Part shown: piece by piece, positions 24,381 to 38,171 of the stretch
Layout: every line of letters starts with the position of its first letter
Position numbering within the stretch: the stretch's first letter is position 1
DNA from: Setoptus koraiensis
Lineage: Eukaryota > Animalia > Arthropoda
Assembly (NCBI GenBank): GCA_048013815.1
Contig: CM106585.1
Location: forward strand, 9,548,001 to 9,612,000
Reading direction: 5' to 3'
Length of the DNA: 64,000 bases
Notes under the pieces: model-generated
What the model was told of the DNA's origin: nothing
Seen by the model: the letters and a program-made list of their open reading frames with translations, nothing else
Database searches by the model: none
Program-made: the position numbers and the translations under genes

Positions 24381-27300
24381 GCGCCCGAGCGCGGGCCCGA
24401 ATGGCGCGCCCGTTGTTACGCGGCAACCCGTCCGGCTTGGCGCACAATGCGCGCTGTGAGAGTAATAGCACACAGCCGCTGTGATCGTGATTCGTCTGGC
24501 TGGCATTATGCAGATTGGGGCCCGTCGCTGTGCGGTGCGCCAGCGACACCTGACAGGCAAGAGTGGTGCGGCTTGCGCCAGCCACGAAACTCAGGCCGCC
24601 CTGGCGAGCCGGCCGCGCCTCGCCTGTCGCGATACTTGTCTAGCCGTACACTTGTCAAGTCGGCGGCAGGTGAGCAAATTGCGCTAGCTGCCGCTGTGGG
24701 CCGTTGTCGGAAATTGAAAAATTCCAGCCACCCAAGCGGCACCTTGTCGACGAACAAATGCGCATTCTTGGCCGCTCGCCCCGCTCGCCCATCACCGGCG
24801 CCATCGGCGCCACCGGAGCCGGGCTCTCGGTGGGCTCGGGCGGGCTCGGGCGCCCCAGTGGCCACACCGGCGCGTGCATCTACGCAATCTAGTTGTTGGC
24901 ATACAATTTGCTAGCGCACAATTGGTCGCTATGCGTCGATTCGCCGCCGATTGTTGTGCCGGCGCACAATTTTTGTTGTTGGCACACTCGGCCCGCCTGT
25001 AATAAGTCATAATTGAGCGTTGACACGACCGGGCCCCCGTCCTACTACATTGGCACTTTTATAATTGCGTTGCGCCTGATGATATATTGCCGAGCGCCGT
25101 TAATTACTTTGCCATTCCACCTCGATCCACTCCACTTACAGCCGCCCGCTTGGGCCGGCCTCGCGGGCCAACTCGGCTGCCGGGCCGCTCGGCTGCCGGG
25201 CCGCTCGGCTGCTTGTGCCGCTCGCTGCTGGGGGCGGCCTCCTCTCATGCCGTCATTATCTCTCGTTCCAGCGGCCACAAGCCACGCAGCAGCGTCTTCG
25301 GGCCGGCGAGACGGGGCCAGGCGACGCTCACTTGCCGACGCCCGATGATAACGCGCGCGAGCGGCAATTTTTGCGCTGCCACGCTCAGCGAGTTATAGGC
25401 GGCCCCACTCACTTATGTATGTACCCCCTTTACATGTACCCCGCGCGCGATTGGGGCCCCTTTCTGCCCCCGTTTTAATCGGGCCGCTGCTCGTTTGTGT
25501 TCCGTTGCGCTGCAACGCACAATTTTCTCTCATTTCTGGCCGGGCCGAGCGCGCTGGCTCGGCACGCATATCCAGCCCATCGGGCCCCATTGAGCCTATT
25601 GGGCATATCGGCATATCGAGTAATCGAACGCCATTTTAGGTGCATTATTTATGACATCGTTCCATGCCTGGCCCGATCTAATTCATGTCGCGCTCGACAT
25701 GTCGCTGGCCCGCGCGCCCGTGTCGCTCTCCTGTTACCGATCCGCCGGTACCGGCCCGCGCCCGCCGCCCAGCCCGAGATATCCACACACACAGATAGCC
25801 GCACACGTTGAGGCCCACAGCTGACACGCAGGCCCCAACGTGTGCGTATATCGGGTTATATTGGGTTTGCGCAAAAAACGCGCCACAATCTGTGCCGCGT
25901 ATGTGCGCATCGGGCCCATACACGTCGCGCTCAGCCATCAATGTGTCTCGTCCGGTGGGGGCTCCTCTTGGCCGGCCGGCCGCCGCGCTCTGTTCGCGCT
26001 GGCCCCGTTCGGCTCGCAGCCTGTGCGCGTCACACAGGTAGCAGCGGTGGGTGGCTGCTCCAATTATTGCGCCCACGACGCATTAAAACTGGCAGGTATC
26101 GCACCGACTGGCTTGATTTACCGTGCTGCTTAATTGTTTGCCTCTCAGTGGGTCCCAAGTCGTTCGCCGCCCGAATCGGAGAACCGCGTGGGCGGCTCTC
26201 TGATTGGGGCCCGTGCGTCTCCCGTGGCGATGTGCAGCTTGAGCAGAGTTTAACACGTAACATGTGGCGCCGGACACATGCTGGCTTGTGGCGAGCGCCA
26301 TCGGCAATCACTTAAATTGTAAAGTGCGTGCCCATCGCAACGGATTCCGGTGCCCACTCGGGCAATCGGGCACTCGGGCATGAGCGCGAGGGGGCTTGCT
26401 ACTCGGGCGCCAGTTGCCGAGCTGGTCCGAGCCAAAAACAACGAGCGCAACTGCTCGCTTGTACGCTCAGTGTAGGTGTGCGTGTGTGTGTCGTTGTCGC
26501 TAAGTGCCTAATGATGTATGTTGGGGACCCGCGCCAGCCAGCCAGCCAGTTGTGCGGCTCGAGCGAGCAACGGTTCGGCTGTAACCGTTAGAAGGGGGGC
26601 CGACGATGACGCAACCGTTGCCAGTGACAACGAATAGTGTCAGTGTGACCGCTGCCGCCGCCGCCAGCCGACGACGACAGCTCCCCAGAGTGGCAAAAAT
26701 TGAACGCGAGCTTGTTGACTGGCCAAGATGGGCCCGTGAACGTGCCAGCGACAACGACACCGACAACAGCGACATCGACACCGACAACAACGGCAACAAC
26801 GGCAACACCGACACCGACAACAACGGCGGCCCAACAAGACATTTGGGCCCATTGTTCTCGGGCGCAACAACAACAAACAAAAAGCGGCTACAATTGTGTG
26901 GAGCGATGGGCCGTTGTTGTTGTTCAGTGCGCCGTGTTTACATGCTCGGCGCTACGCAGTTTCTGGGCGCGCGATATCATAGCGGCCACATTATGTTAGA
27001 CACACACATATATATTGCAAACATCAGCACCAACAACGGCAACAACAACAGGCGGCTAGGTGTGGGTGACGCAGGCACTCGAGAGGCCCAAAAAGCGGTG
27101 CGACAAGGGGGCCAAATGCGAGCCAGGCGACGACAGGGAGTTGCAATAAAACAGTTGCATTACATAACTTGTTAGCGGCGATTGTGTCCGTCGCAAACTC
27201 GATAGAGTTGCAACAGAGAAGAGAGTTGCTGCTGCCGTTGTTGTTGCATCATCAACAAACGACAGCAGCAACAACAACAAGCAACAACAACAAGCACCAA

Positions 27301-30300
27301 CAACACGCAGCTATAACAACAACAAATGAAAGTGCGCGAACATCGCCTGCATAGTAATGATATATCAGCACTGGCTGGGGGGCACCTTTACAAACGGCCG
27401 GCCCGCGAGGCGGCCCGATGAGCTGGCCCAAAGCCAACTCATTTGAATGGAGTGCACTGGCCGCGAATGGGGCGCGCTGGCTGCGAACGGGGCGCACTGG
27501 CGACGTGCCACAGCGCGCCAAAACGTGGCGAGCGAGCTGGACGGACAAACGAGAAAATAATGTTGTTGCTGATGGCTCGCTCCCAAGCTGGCCGGCTCTC
27601 ATCATGACCGACTCACAAGCTGGTCGACGGGCCGACGGGCCGACGGACAAACGGGCCGGCGAGCCACGGACTAACGGGCAGCTCGCCGGTCCGTTAGTCC
27701 GTCGCACTTGCAGGCGACGCGTTGTGTTTGCCTGAGACGATCTCTGTGCAACTGTGCCTCACGACACCGACCGAAAGTATCGCTGGCGCCGGTATCAGCT
27801 ATCGCCGTTACATTTGCTAGCTGACGTTGGCACAGCTGGGGGCCGGCCGGCCAGCACAAACACGCACAACTAACGAGAAACAAACAAGCACAAACCACGA
27901 GAAACAAACAAGCGCCAAGCAGCAGCTCGCCACGTGTGCGCTTGCCACGTACAGCCCAGCGAGCCATCGTGACGACTTCCGGCTGCGCGTGGCACATTGT
28001 TAGCGAGTTATTGCGGCCGCTCTAATTCTCTTATTATTGCGGCCGCTGTTATTATTTTTGGCTAACAAGTGAGTTAGTGTCTTATTTTGGCTCGTGCCAC
28101 TGGCAGTTATCGCATTGGCACTAATCGGCTTCAATTAACAACTCGATCGGTCGCCTTGTGTCTTATTGGCATTGTGTTGTTGCCAACATGAGCTTGTTGG
28201 GCCAACACAATGCAGACACAACAACTGGCCACAACAACAACGACAACAACAACAACAACAACAACAACAACAGTAGGCCGAAATCAGTTTATCACTGGCT
28301 GTTTGTGTTTGGGACACATCGCTTGTGGGAGTGGGGCCAACAATTGATACGCACACACACAATCGATACATGAACAACTTACTTGCCCGTTGTGTAAGCC
28401 CGCCGACGCTTGCAAATAATGACCGTCAGCTGATTTGTAAGTTGCGTCATGACAGGCAACGGCAACACATTGCACTGGACATGGTGTGGTCATAATTACT
28501 GCGGCCGGCACAATGTTGCACAATGCGACGTTGGCCAGCCGCTCAAACAGTGAGCGCAACCAATGTCAAAAACACGGCCGCCAAGTGGCTGTCACTTGCA
28601 GCATTACGTAACATTATGTAATCTGTGCTGTGCATATTTGTGCAACAGTGTAACAGTGCCCGTTAATGGGCAATATTTGTTTTATGCTGCTATTGTTTTT
28701 GCTGCCTGTAAATATTTCGTCACTGACTCATCGGCCGACCGGCTGGATGGCATCATCGATGAGCATCACTGTTGCGTCATGAGCATCGCTCACGACGCTG
28801 ATGACGGCGCTGATGACACTGTGACGATGACACTCCGATGGGATGAAATGACGACAAACAAAAAGACAAAAAGACAACATGACAAGCTGACTGCGGCAGC
28901 GCAATAGCTAGTTTGTCAGCTGACCACACGGCTCAGCTGACAAACTTGTGAGTGGCCAAATGACGACTCGTGTCAATCTGGCCAGCTGAGCGACGAGTCG
29001 CAAGTCTAGTTAGCAGAACTGGCCACTAGAGCTAGTTGGCGAAACTGGCAGTGGCAACAAATTAATGGTGATCGATGGGCTTGTCGCCGACAGTGTTGTG
29101 ATAATAATATGTATGCATTATCTCGACAACAGTGTCTTGCCGCCGGCACACAAACAATAATGGCGCCATAACACAATCTCAATAACAAGCAATGGACCAG
29201 TGCTCAGTGGGCCCTGTGCAAGCCTGTTTTTGCTCGCGATGAGGCACACAGCGCAGCCACAAAGTCGGGCTCATTTCCGGCGCGTGCGGGCCGCGTCCAC
29301 GGTGGCGTCCGTGGCGAGCGACTGGGCAACATTGAGCACAGTATTGGGCCCAAAATGGCCACTGACAACCGCGCCTCTCACTGCAGTTATCGTGTCGCCA
29401 GTGGCCCCTATCAATGGCACCAATTTGTGGGGCCGCTCGGCCCCATTATTATGTGCACATGTCACCGGCTAGATATCGCGGGCTTGTTGTCGCGGGCTTG
29501 ATGTCGCGGGCTTGATGTCGCCGGCTTGACAGGGCCGGCACAGCACCGGTGACACGGCGCGGCCAGTGGGCACGCGTTTGTCAATCAAACGCGCGACCAT
29601 GTCGACAAACATCAAGCGAGCGACAAATGCTGACGCAAATCAACTGTCGCCAGCATTACGCCGGCAACCATATGAGCGGGGGCCCCTCGCACGAGGCCCC
29701 TCGCATTGGGCTCCTCAGGGGGGCTCCTCAAAGGGGGCGCATCTCGTAGAAATGGACGCTGCTGAATTGCTGCTGGCGCTGCAAAGATCCAAGCAAATGC
29801 CGCTATTAACCTGCCATTATTATTTACCTAAGCGGGTTACATAACTCGATAACTAGCTAATGTTTGCACAAGCGCGCAGCCACTGCGCTGTGAGCAGCAC
29901 AGCACAGCACGGCACAACACAGCATCTATGTGCGATATCTAATTGATGAGCCGCTGCGACAGCTCATCTGTTGGCGTTTATCACCACCAGGCGTTTATCC
30001 TGGCGGCCGCCATCAATCTATCCGTCTAGCCGTCTTGCAACATCAGCAACAGCATCGCCACGCGGCCCCATTTATTTATATAAATATATCCGCGGGCCGG
30101 CGGGTCGAACATCCCGCGCGCCGCACGAGCGCACCGTTTTTCGGACACCCCGGCGGGCGGGAAGGGGGCGCCTTTTTTATCCGCTGTCTATAGCTCGATG
30201 CGGTTATTTATAGCCTGGTGCCAGTTTGATTGGCGCCAGACATGCACTCTCGCCCAATTGGTCGGTTATCGCTGGCAACAGCAGCAACTCCCGTTGGCAC

Positions 30301-30935
30301 CGCGACACGCAAGGCACATTTAAAAAAGGGGCGCCCCCTTGATTGGGCCCGTCGCGCGGCGCATCCGTGTCGGCGTGCCCGGGCCCCCCAGACGGCGCAG
30401 ACGGTTCATTTATCAGCGCGCTGTCTGGCGGCTGCGAATGGCGGCCCGTGCTCAATTATCCGGCTCGCGCCGTGTCTACACTCACCACTAGACCCCAGTG
30501 ACTGCAACCAGTGAAAATGCCAACTCAAAATTTATCAATCTCCGCCAGGCGGCGGCTAATTCGGTTCGGGGGGCCTCGCACACGGCGTCGAGTCCGATGG
30601 GCAAAGTTGCAACGCATCGCATCTTTTGCCGGGGCAGCCCAAGTGAAATATTGGTTGCTTGTTGGCTGATCGGGGCCGTCGACGGTCGGGCGCGCGATAG
30701 CCAAGATTGTTGTTGCGGTGCCCGCCGCCAGGCGCAGCCCGTGGGGGCAGCTCAACAGCCAGCCAGGGGGTCACTGACGGTAACAGCGCGCAACGGCCAC
30801 CAGATGGCCGGCAGGCGCACAATGGGCGACGAAAGTAGCTAGCTCGCCAGCTCAACGCCAGACGCTATTCATGGCCGCAGAGCGCGTCGGAGCATTGTTA
30901 TTGTTTTGCGTCCACGGCGGCGCCAGCGACGACAG

Positions 30936-30936
30936 C

Positions 30937-30977
<41 letters not shown>
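30936..30977. repeat. (CAA)14 microsatellite
   Basis: Direct reading. Confidence 0.95.
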
Positions 30978-30978
<1 letters not shown>

Positions 30979-33279
30979 AGCAACAACGGCAACAACAGCG
31001 CCCGTTCCTTGTGGCCAACACAAAATGATGAATGATGCTGATCGCCTGATTGCATCATTGTTTGTAGTGGCCAGTCGTGTATCTAGTTACACAATCAGCG
31101 TTGGCGAGCGCCGCTGTGAGAGCCGCTGTGCGAGCCGCAAATATCTGGCCGGGCCCCCACTGACACCGCGGCTGACATGCACACCGCACCGTAGTCACAC
31201 ATCGGCCACGTTGGCTCGTTATCCCGCTGGCCGCCACTTTTTATTTGGCCCGTTACTCGCTGTCACTCGCTTGCCAGTCGGTGGGCCGCTGCTCGCCGCT
31301 GGCCGCGTTCGGCTTGCGGCCCGTTATTTGAGGTTATTTCGGGCCGGTCGACTGGTCAGCCCGAACAACACGTGGCGCATCATCATCGACAAACACGACG
31401 CCCGAATGGGGGCCCCACACTGAGCCCAATGCAACGGAGCCCAATGCGACGGAGCCCAATGCGACGGAGCCCAGTGAGGCCCGATGAGGCGGCGCCCTGG
31501 GAAATGTTGTCGGCTGGCCGGCAGTGGTGTTAATTGTGGACAAGTCGCCCATTAGCGCCCCATTAGACAGGGCCAGTCACAAACTACACAACAGTTAGCG
31601 CCCCCGAAGGGGCCGCCAAGCCGGTGCCGGGCGTCCTTTGGCGAGCGGTTAGGCGGCCCGCCAGTGCGAAGCTCGCCAAACACACACCCGCCAGTTGGGG
31701 CCCAGCGAACAATAATGAACTGACGGGACTCGGTTGGCTCAATTCGGGCCGGCGCCGCGCCGCGCCGCACAAGCGACTGAGGCACCGCACAGCTCTGGCG
31801 CCTTTATCGCCACGGTGCACTCTGTGTTGTTGTGACCTGTTTTGCCTGGCCAAAACCGCGCGCGGGCGCAAATCCAATCTGGCGGCCCGGCCGGTCACGG
31901 CACAACGGGCTGAGTATGGGCACGCGGAGCCACCTATTCGGAACATCATAGTGCCTATTGGGAGGTGGGCCATTTCATGCTAATGCACACAATGCTCTCG
32001 ACCGATCGAGTCATGTCGCCCGATGGGATTTGTCAGAGTGTTGTGGCCGGTCCCGAGCGGTCCCGAGTGGTCGGCCACAGCCGGCCCAGACTTGGCCAGA
32101 GCCGGGTGCCCGGCACGGCTGGGGCCCGTGGCACGAATTATGGGAATTATCATGGGATCGGATTCGATTAGGCGCACGCATGACACGCTGGCGAGCAACA
32201 CGATTCGGTGTTATGTGTCAATATCGGACAAGATCGGAAAACGCCCACACTGAATGCTTGTGTCATGATGGATGTTTCCGGCTTTGATTGCGCATTGGCC
32301 GGCCATTGGTCATCCGTCGGGCGATATCAATCATTTCGCTGTCCGCTGCGCGCCGCCCGTCGCTCGTGTCCGCTGCCCGCGTCGGCTGTCCGCGTCGGCT
32401 GTCCGCATCGGCTGGGCCCGCACAATAATTGGCGCGGCGCCACACACCCAAGCGCCCCCTTGCTGGCGTGCTGTGCGGCCCGCGCAAGCGGATTGCCGCA
32501 CACTACGGGATCGATCTATCGGGCGAGTCTCGAGCGTCGAGTCTCTAGCCTCGAAGGGCCCCCACGACAGCGCGAGCCCGACAGTGCGGGACGGACAGTG
32601 ACTTTGGCAACAATTGGCCAAATTGCAAACAACGGTATCGCTTACTCGCTGGCGGCGGCTATCGAGGGCGCACCAGACGCGCCCCATTAAAAAGGCCGAT
32701 TTTGATTTGGCTGCCGGTCGCTTGTTGGGCCAATCGCAAACAATGTTGCCGATTGTGCGAGTCATCGCGCGCCCCCCTCCATCATGCCCGCTAATCCGGT
32801 TTGGGGCCCGCTCGCCTCGTTTATCTCATAATGTTTATCATGGCAACAATAATCCTCTGTGAGAGGTTAAGTGTTCCGTTGGCGGCGGCCATCCGTTATC
32901 TGGGCGACGAGCACATATCTCGCTCGTGCTGCCAAAAGAACAGACTTTCGGATGGGGAAAATGGGCGCGGATAAAACCTGCGCTCGACCATCCGCCGCAA
33001 TATATTATGTAGTGATATTGCCCGGGCGCGGGCCGGAATTGGCGAACGGGCGCCCAGAATAGATTATGTTATAGAACAGTGTTGTTTAGGACGAATGTGA
33101 ATGCAATTTCAGGCCGCGCCAACCCGCGGGCCGGCGGGCCGGCCAGCCAGCGCGCCTCGCCAGGCGCAACAACCAAAGCGACAACCGGCCGGCCCAAAGC
33201 AACCACCGGGCGCCCAAAACAACAAACTCACAAACTCACAACCGCGACTAAACAAACAGCTCATTTTGATTCACTCCCG

Positions 33280-33325
33280 CTAACCATGTTTATTCTCGCT
33301 TTGTTTATCTACTGCCCCTCGCCAC
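33280..33325 (+). promoter_or_regulatory. Putative distant branch point (CTAAC, A at 33283) plus pyrimidine tract for cpo exon 33522
   Basis: Consensus branch point followed by a pyrimidine-rich stretch. No AG between 33260 and 33519. Confidence 0.65.
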
Positions 33326-33521
33326 CGGCCCCTGGTTGCGCCATCAACGTTGCCATCAAACTGCGCCGCTGTTTGGATCAAATCAAATCAATTTTCAATA
33401 ACTGCGCCCAACAACTCGCAACCGCTCAATACCGGCCCCGCTCAATGGCGCCACGAACAACGTGCGCGTATTTGCATACGCGCCGGGCACACAAACAACG
33501 CATCATGTGCGCACAAAAAAG

Positions 33522-33575
33522 GGATACGAGGGCTCGCTCCTGAAAGTGACCAGCAAAAACGGCAAGACGGCATCG
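33522..33575 (+). CDS. cpo: couch potato RRM exon GYEGSLLKVTSKNGKTAS (54 nt)
   Basis: Matches the arthropod Cpo RRM segment. AAG acceptor at 33521 and TCG|GTGAGT donor at 33576, phase 0/0. Confidence 0.95.
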
Positions 33576-36500
33576 GTGAGTATATAGCGACAGTGACAAT
33601 GTCGCCATCGGCGCGCCACCGCATCGATACTGCGGCGGATAATCCCAAAATTGGCTTCGAATTGGCTTTTGCTCTCACTGTCACAGCTCTCACTGTCACA
33701 GCTCTCACAGCGCCGGCCCGACGCTGTGAGGCCAGCCAAACTGGTGGCCGTGTCGTGTGGTATTTGTGTCACGACGACAGCGGCGCACACCGGACGGTAA
33801 GCCAATTACATGCAGTTGAACCAAGGCCAATTTGTGTTGCCTTGGTGCCGGCGCATCTTGGCATCTCGGCGACGCCAGAGTGTGGTTGCGTCACCGGCAT
33901 CCAAGCGGCGTTGCGTCACCGGCGTCGGAGCGGCGTTGCGTCATCGACGGCTCGCTTGCCGCGCAAACTGACGCTCGTCATGCCGTCATAATTGGCGTCA
34001 TGGCGGTTGTGTCATGTTGTTTATCTTTGTTCAATTTTGCTCGATTTCGCTCAATTCTGTTCAACTTTGTTCAATTTCGCTCAATTCTGTTCAACCTTGT
34101 TCAACTCTGTCCGACTGTGTTGAATTCTGCTCAGCTGTGCTCAATTTGCGCACACAATCACAATCGGCCATCAGCTGCTGATCACCTGTCACCCGTTTGG
34201 CCGGGCTGATGCGCGGTCGCTCGGTTAACAAGTTGCAAGCGTGGCTGTCATTTGGCGGGCAAAACTGGCACACTTGTCAGTTTGCCAGTTTGACAGTTTG
34301 ACAAGCACCACATGCCGCGTTACATTTCTGTGCTGTGCTGTGCCGTGCTCCGTTGCGTTGCGTAATCTTTGTTGTGTGTCTTGGCAATATTGCCAAGGGT
34401 TATTACAAGCACACACACACACACAGTATTAGAATCTAATAGTATTACAATAGCGCACACAAACATAAACAATCATCTATCAAGTTAACACAGCGGCGAC
34501 GGCGGCGGCAGCGCCAGTGCCAGCGATGATGTAATAGTAGTATTAGTGTGTTCATGCGATAATGATAATCAGTAGCCCGCCTGGTAAGATGATTACCAAA
34601 ACAATGATAACACGCCGCTGTTACGCCATAGCCACTTCCGTTGGGCGCCCGTGCGGGCCTCAGCGGCAGCTTATCAGTGTGACGAGCTGGCTGCGCTGTT
34701 GCCATTTGATCCGCGGCTATCTTATCGGGCTAATTTGCATACGCACGCCACACAGTGTTGGCATGTACTGTTGGTTGTGCTGTTGGCTGGCCGTGCACTT
34801 GTTTCGCGAGGGGGCGCTATTCAGCCGGCGCCGGCGGCGCCGCCGCTGCTGCTGCTGCATTGTTTGTTGGTGGCAACGCAAACAAACAGCACGAGTTGGC
34901 GGCACGCAAACCGGAAGTTGTCGGTGTGTCGACCATTGTGTGCCAACAATATTGTTGTATGTGCACGCATATTGTGAGACTGCCCGCCGAGGCTGGCCGG
35001 CTGGCTGCTTTGGGGGCCAATTTCGCCGCTCCAATAGCCAGCCGCAACAACGCCCCATAGGTTACGTAATAACCTATGGGGCCTAATCAGCGTAATAACG
35101 ACAATAACTGCGATAATTGTAACTAGTCCGCGATTATGCAACTTGCAGCGGCGTCCATTCGCGCGACGTTCATTGTGCTCGGCTCTGTAGAACGGACTCT
35201 GCGTCTAGCGCCGCGCCATAGAGGGCGCCATTTGCGTCGGGTGACCTTTGGCCTAATTCGATTATAACGCCACCAATTACCGCAATTTCAATCCATACTC
35301 TCTCTGCCATGTCGCCCCGCTCGCAAGCAAACGGCGCGCTTGCTGTTTCCAATTAGCAGCAAATGCGAGCCCGCCAGTCATCAGGGGGCGCTATCACTCG
35401 TGCAATAATGATGACCAGTGTTACGTGCTCGCCGGTGAGCTTTCGCGTCTCGGCGGGCCTCGCATCAATTGGAGCGGCCGTTCGAGAGGGGCGCTCAATC
35501 TCGATTTGTTTTGGCTCTCTTCAGCGGTTGTTTCAGCAGCTCGCCACTAGCCGGCCGTTGTCTATTTGTTGATGATGTCGAGTTGTTGTTGTTGTTGCTG
35601 CTGTTGTTGTTGTCCATTTGACGTCGTTGCTGTCGCGCTGTTATCGCCGCCGCTGGGCGCCACAATTCGCGCTCTCTCCCGTTGAGAGGAAGCGCAAACG
35701 AGCCTATGCCTATGCGAAACGGCGCCACCTAACTGGCGGCGCCCGTAATTACGAATGCACCCCACATATCCGACCAATGCTGGCCAATGCCCACTAAATA
35801 GTGAATATCGCGCGCGGCCCGCTCACTCGGCCGGCGCCGCTCCGGTCAGCTGTGGGGGCGGCTTAATTACATTTATTGCGCCGGTATCTCGGCAGCGCCA
35901 TCCCATGATCACATGATATCACATGCTAGTTAGTGATAATATTTCCATTGAATGAATCATGATAATTACGCTCGCTCGCTCGCTCGCTTGCAGCAAAAAC
36001 TGCTCATGTGATGAGTATGCCGGCCAGGCCGTATGGTCAAACTGTTATGGCCAGACCCTGGCGGCCAGACATGGCAATTTCGCCACACTCTGGCGGCCAG
36101 ACCCTGGCGGCCAGCCAACTTGTAACAACAGCCCGGCACACGGGCCAAAATGAAGCTGTTCAGCATTACGCAACATTATGGCGGCGGACATTAGGCCAGC
36201 GCCAGTCATTAATATGCCGCTGATACTGACCATAATATTAGTGCTGTTCGCTTCAGTAGCTGCGGTTGTTGGGTCTGTTGTTCGAGGGCCCGACGCGGCC
36301 CCCAACAACAGACAACAGGCACACATAATGCAAACACTGGCTCACGCTCATTACGTAATACGTGATACGTAACGCGTGCTACGTAATGCGCACTACGTAC
36401 CACGGGACAGGTTGGCGGCCCGTACTCGCGTGACCAACAATATTAACAGGTGGCAGGCAGCTTGTTCGATCTGCTTAAAATCAATTTCGGCCCCATTGCT

Positions 36501-38012
36501 CATAGCTCACAGTCATGCGAATTAGTGAGCGTGCCAACAATAAATGTAACCAGCTGAGTAGCCAGCTTGTGGGGCCCCACAAAACTGCCGCCTGGGCTGG
36601 CCGTGAGCCGTGCTTGTGGTGCCCATCTACATATGTTTATATTCAAGTGTTTATGTATCGAGATCGAATATATATGTATACAAGTATGAATATAAAGTCG
36701 CTATTTATATTTAAAAAATTTGTATACAAGGCTCGCGGTGGAATGAACGCTGCGGATAAATGCCAATTATTGAGCCCATGTGTTTATCTCATTAGGCTGT
36801 TGCGTGTCGCGCGTCGTCACTGGCTGTTACAGTGCCGCTCGGGCCGACCGGGGGCCCCCGAGCGGCCGATTTGTGCAGCACTGTAACAGCCAGTTGGCCA
36901 GGGCGACAGAGTGAGCACCGGGGTAGTATTTCATTATAGAGGGCAGTGCTATGGTGTGGGCCGACAACGGCCACAGCAAGACAGCGAGAATAATTTGAAA
37001 AGCAAAGTGGGGCCCCTTTGTTGTTGGCTGCGGCGCGAGCGGCAGAGCCTCTTTCAGTGGGCCAAAGTCAGTCAAAGGTTGTTGAGCGACACACTGAAAG
37101 AGGTTCGCTGTTGTTGTTGTTGTTGTTGTTGTTTGTCGTTGTTGTTTGTTGCTGAAAAAAGCTGGCTGCTGAAAAATACAAAAAACAACACGGCGACAAT
37201 AGCGCCCGACGTGGCGGTCACGTGAGCAACTGCCAGTGCGGTCAGTTGTCGCAAAACAGAAATACAACACTCTTTGTGGGTGTCCATTAAGATTATTGCC
37301 TCCTTATCATAATGGGGGCCAATGGGGCCGACGGGGCCGGCGGGGCCGACGAAAGTCGACGAAAGCCCACGAGAGCCCACGAAAGCCCACGAAAGCCGAC
37401 GGGGCCGACGGGGGCCAGCACACAATGGGCCCAATTTTGGGCTGCTATTCAATTCGAGCGACCCGTCGGCGAGACAACCGACAAGTGTTTGCTTATATAA
37501 ACTGCAGTTTGATTCAATCTGTCACACAATTTGGCCGAGCAGCGCCGAGCACAAACCAGACACACCGACTATATTTATATCTGCACAAACAAGCAACTTT
37601 TGTTTCCCTGCGTCTATATTTACATTGGCATCGTTGCTATTGGTGGCGCGATCTGGCCGGTTGGCTCGGGGCCCCACATTTGGGGCCCACTTGCAGCCGC
37701 GTTGCCGCTTTGCCACACGTCCCAACCAACCAAATATCGGCACAATGTGCTAGCCCAATGCCTGAGCAAGGCAAGCCAATTGCCTGTTGGCTCGCTCATA
37801 GCCGCCAAGCCGAGCTGGCCAACACACAAAAATACGCCGAATGGGCCCAATTTTCGTCGGGCCACAATTATTATCCGTCAGCGACATAACGCATCAGTGG
37901 GCATTTGTTTGCGCCTAGCGTGATTGGCTGCTCGCTGGCCAGACTCGGCCCCACAACGCGTGCCGAGGGCCCAGAGGGCAGCACGAGCGGTCTTAAATTG
38001 AATATTGGCACC

Positions 38013-38098
38013 TCTGACTAACGCTGACGAACGCTGACGAACCCCGACGAACCCCGACTAACCCTGACTAACTTTCACTGACTTTCCGCCCCCTCAAT
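38013..38098 (+). promoter_or_regulatory. 10-bp tandem array (CYGACKAACN x6) with three ACTAAC motifs, then a pyrimidine tract; putative branch-point region for cpo exon 38172
   Basis: ACTAAC at 38017, 38057 and 38067. No AG between 37988 and 38169. Confidence 0.6.
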
Positions 38099-38171
38099 CG
38101 CGAAAACGATGCGAAAAATGGCGAAAAATGGCGAAAAATGGCGAAAACGATGCAAATTCGTGCGTGGGCAG

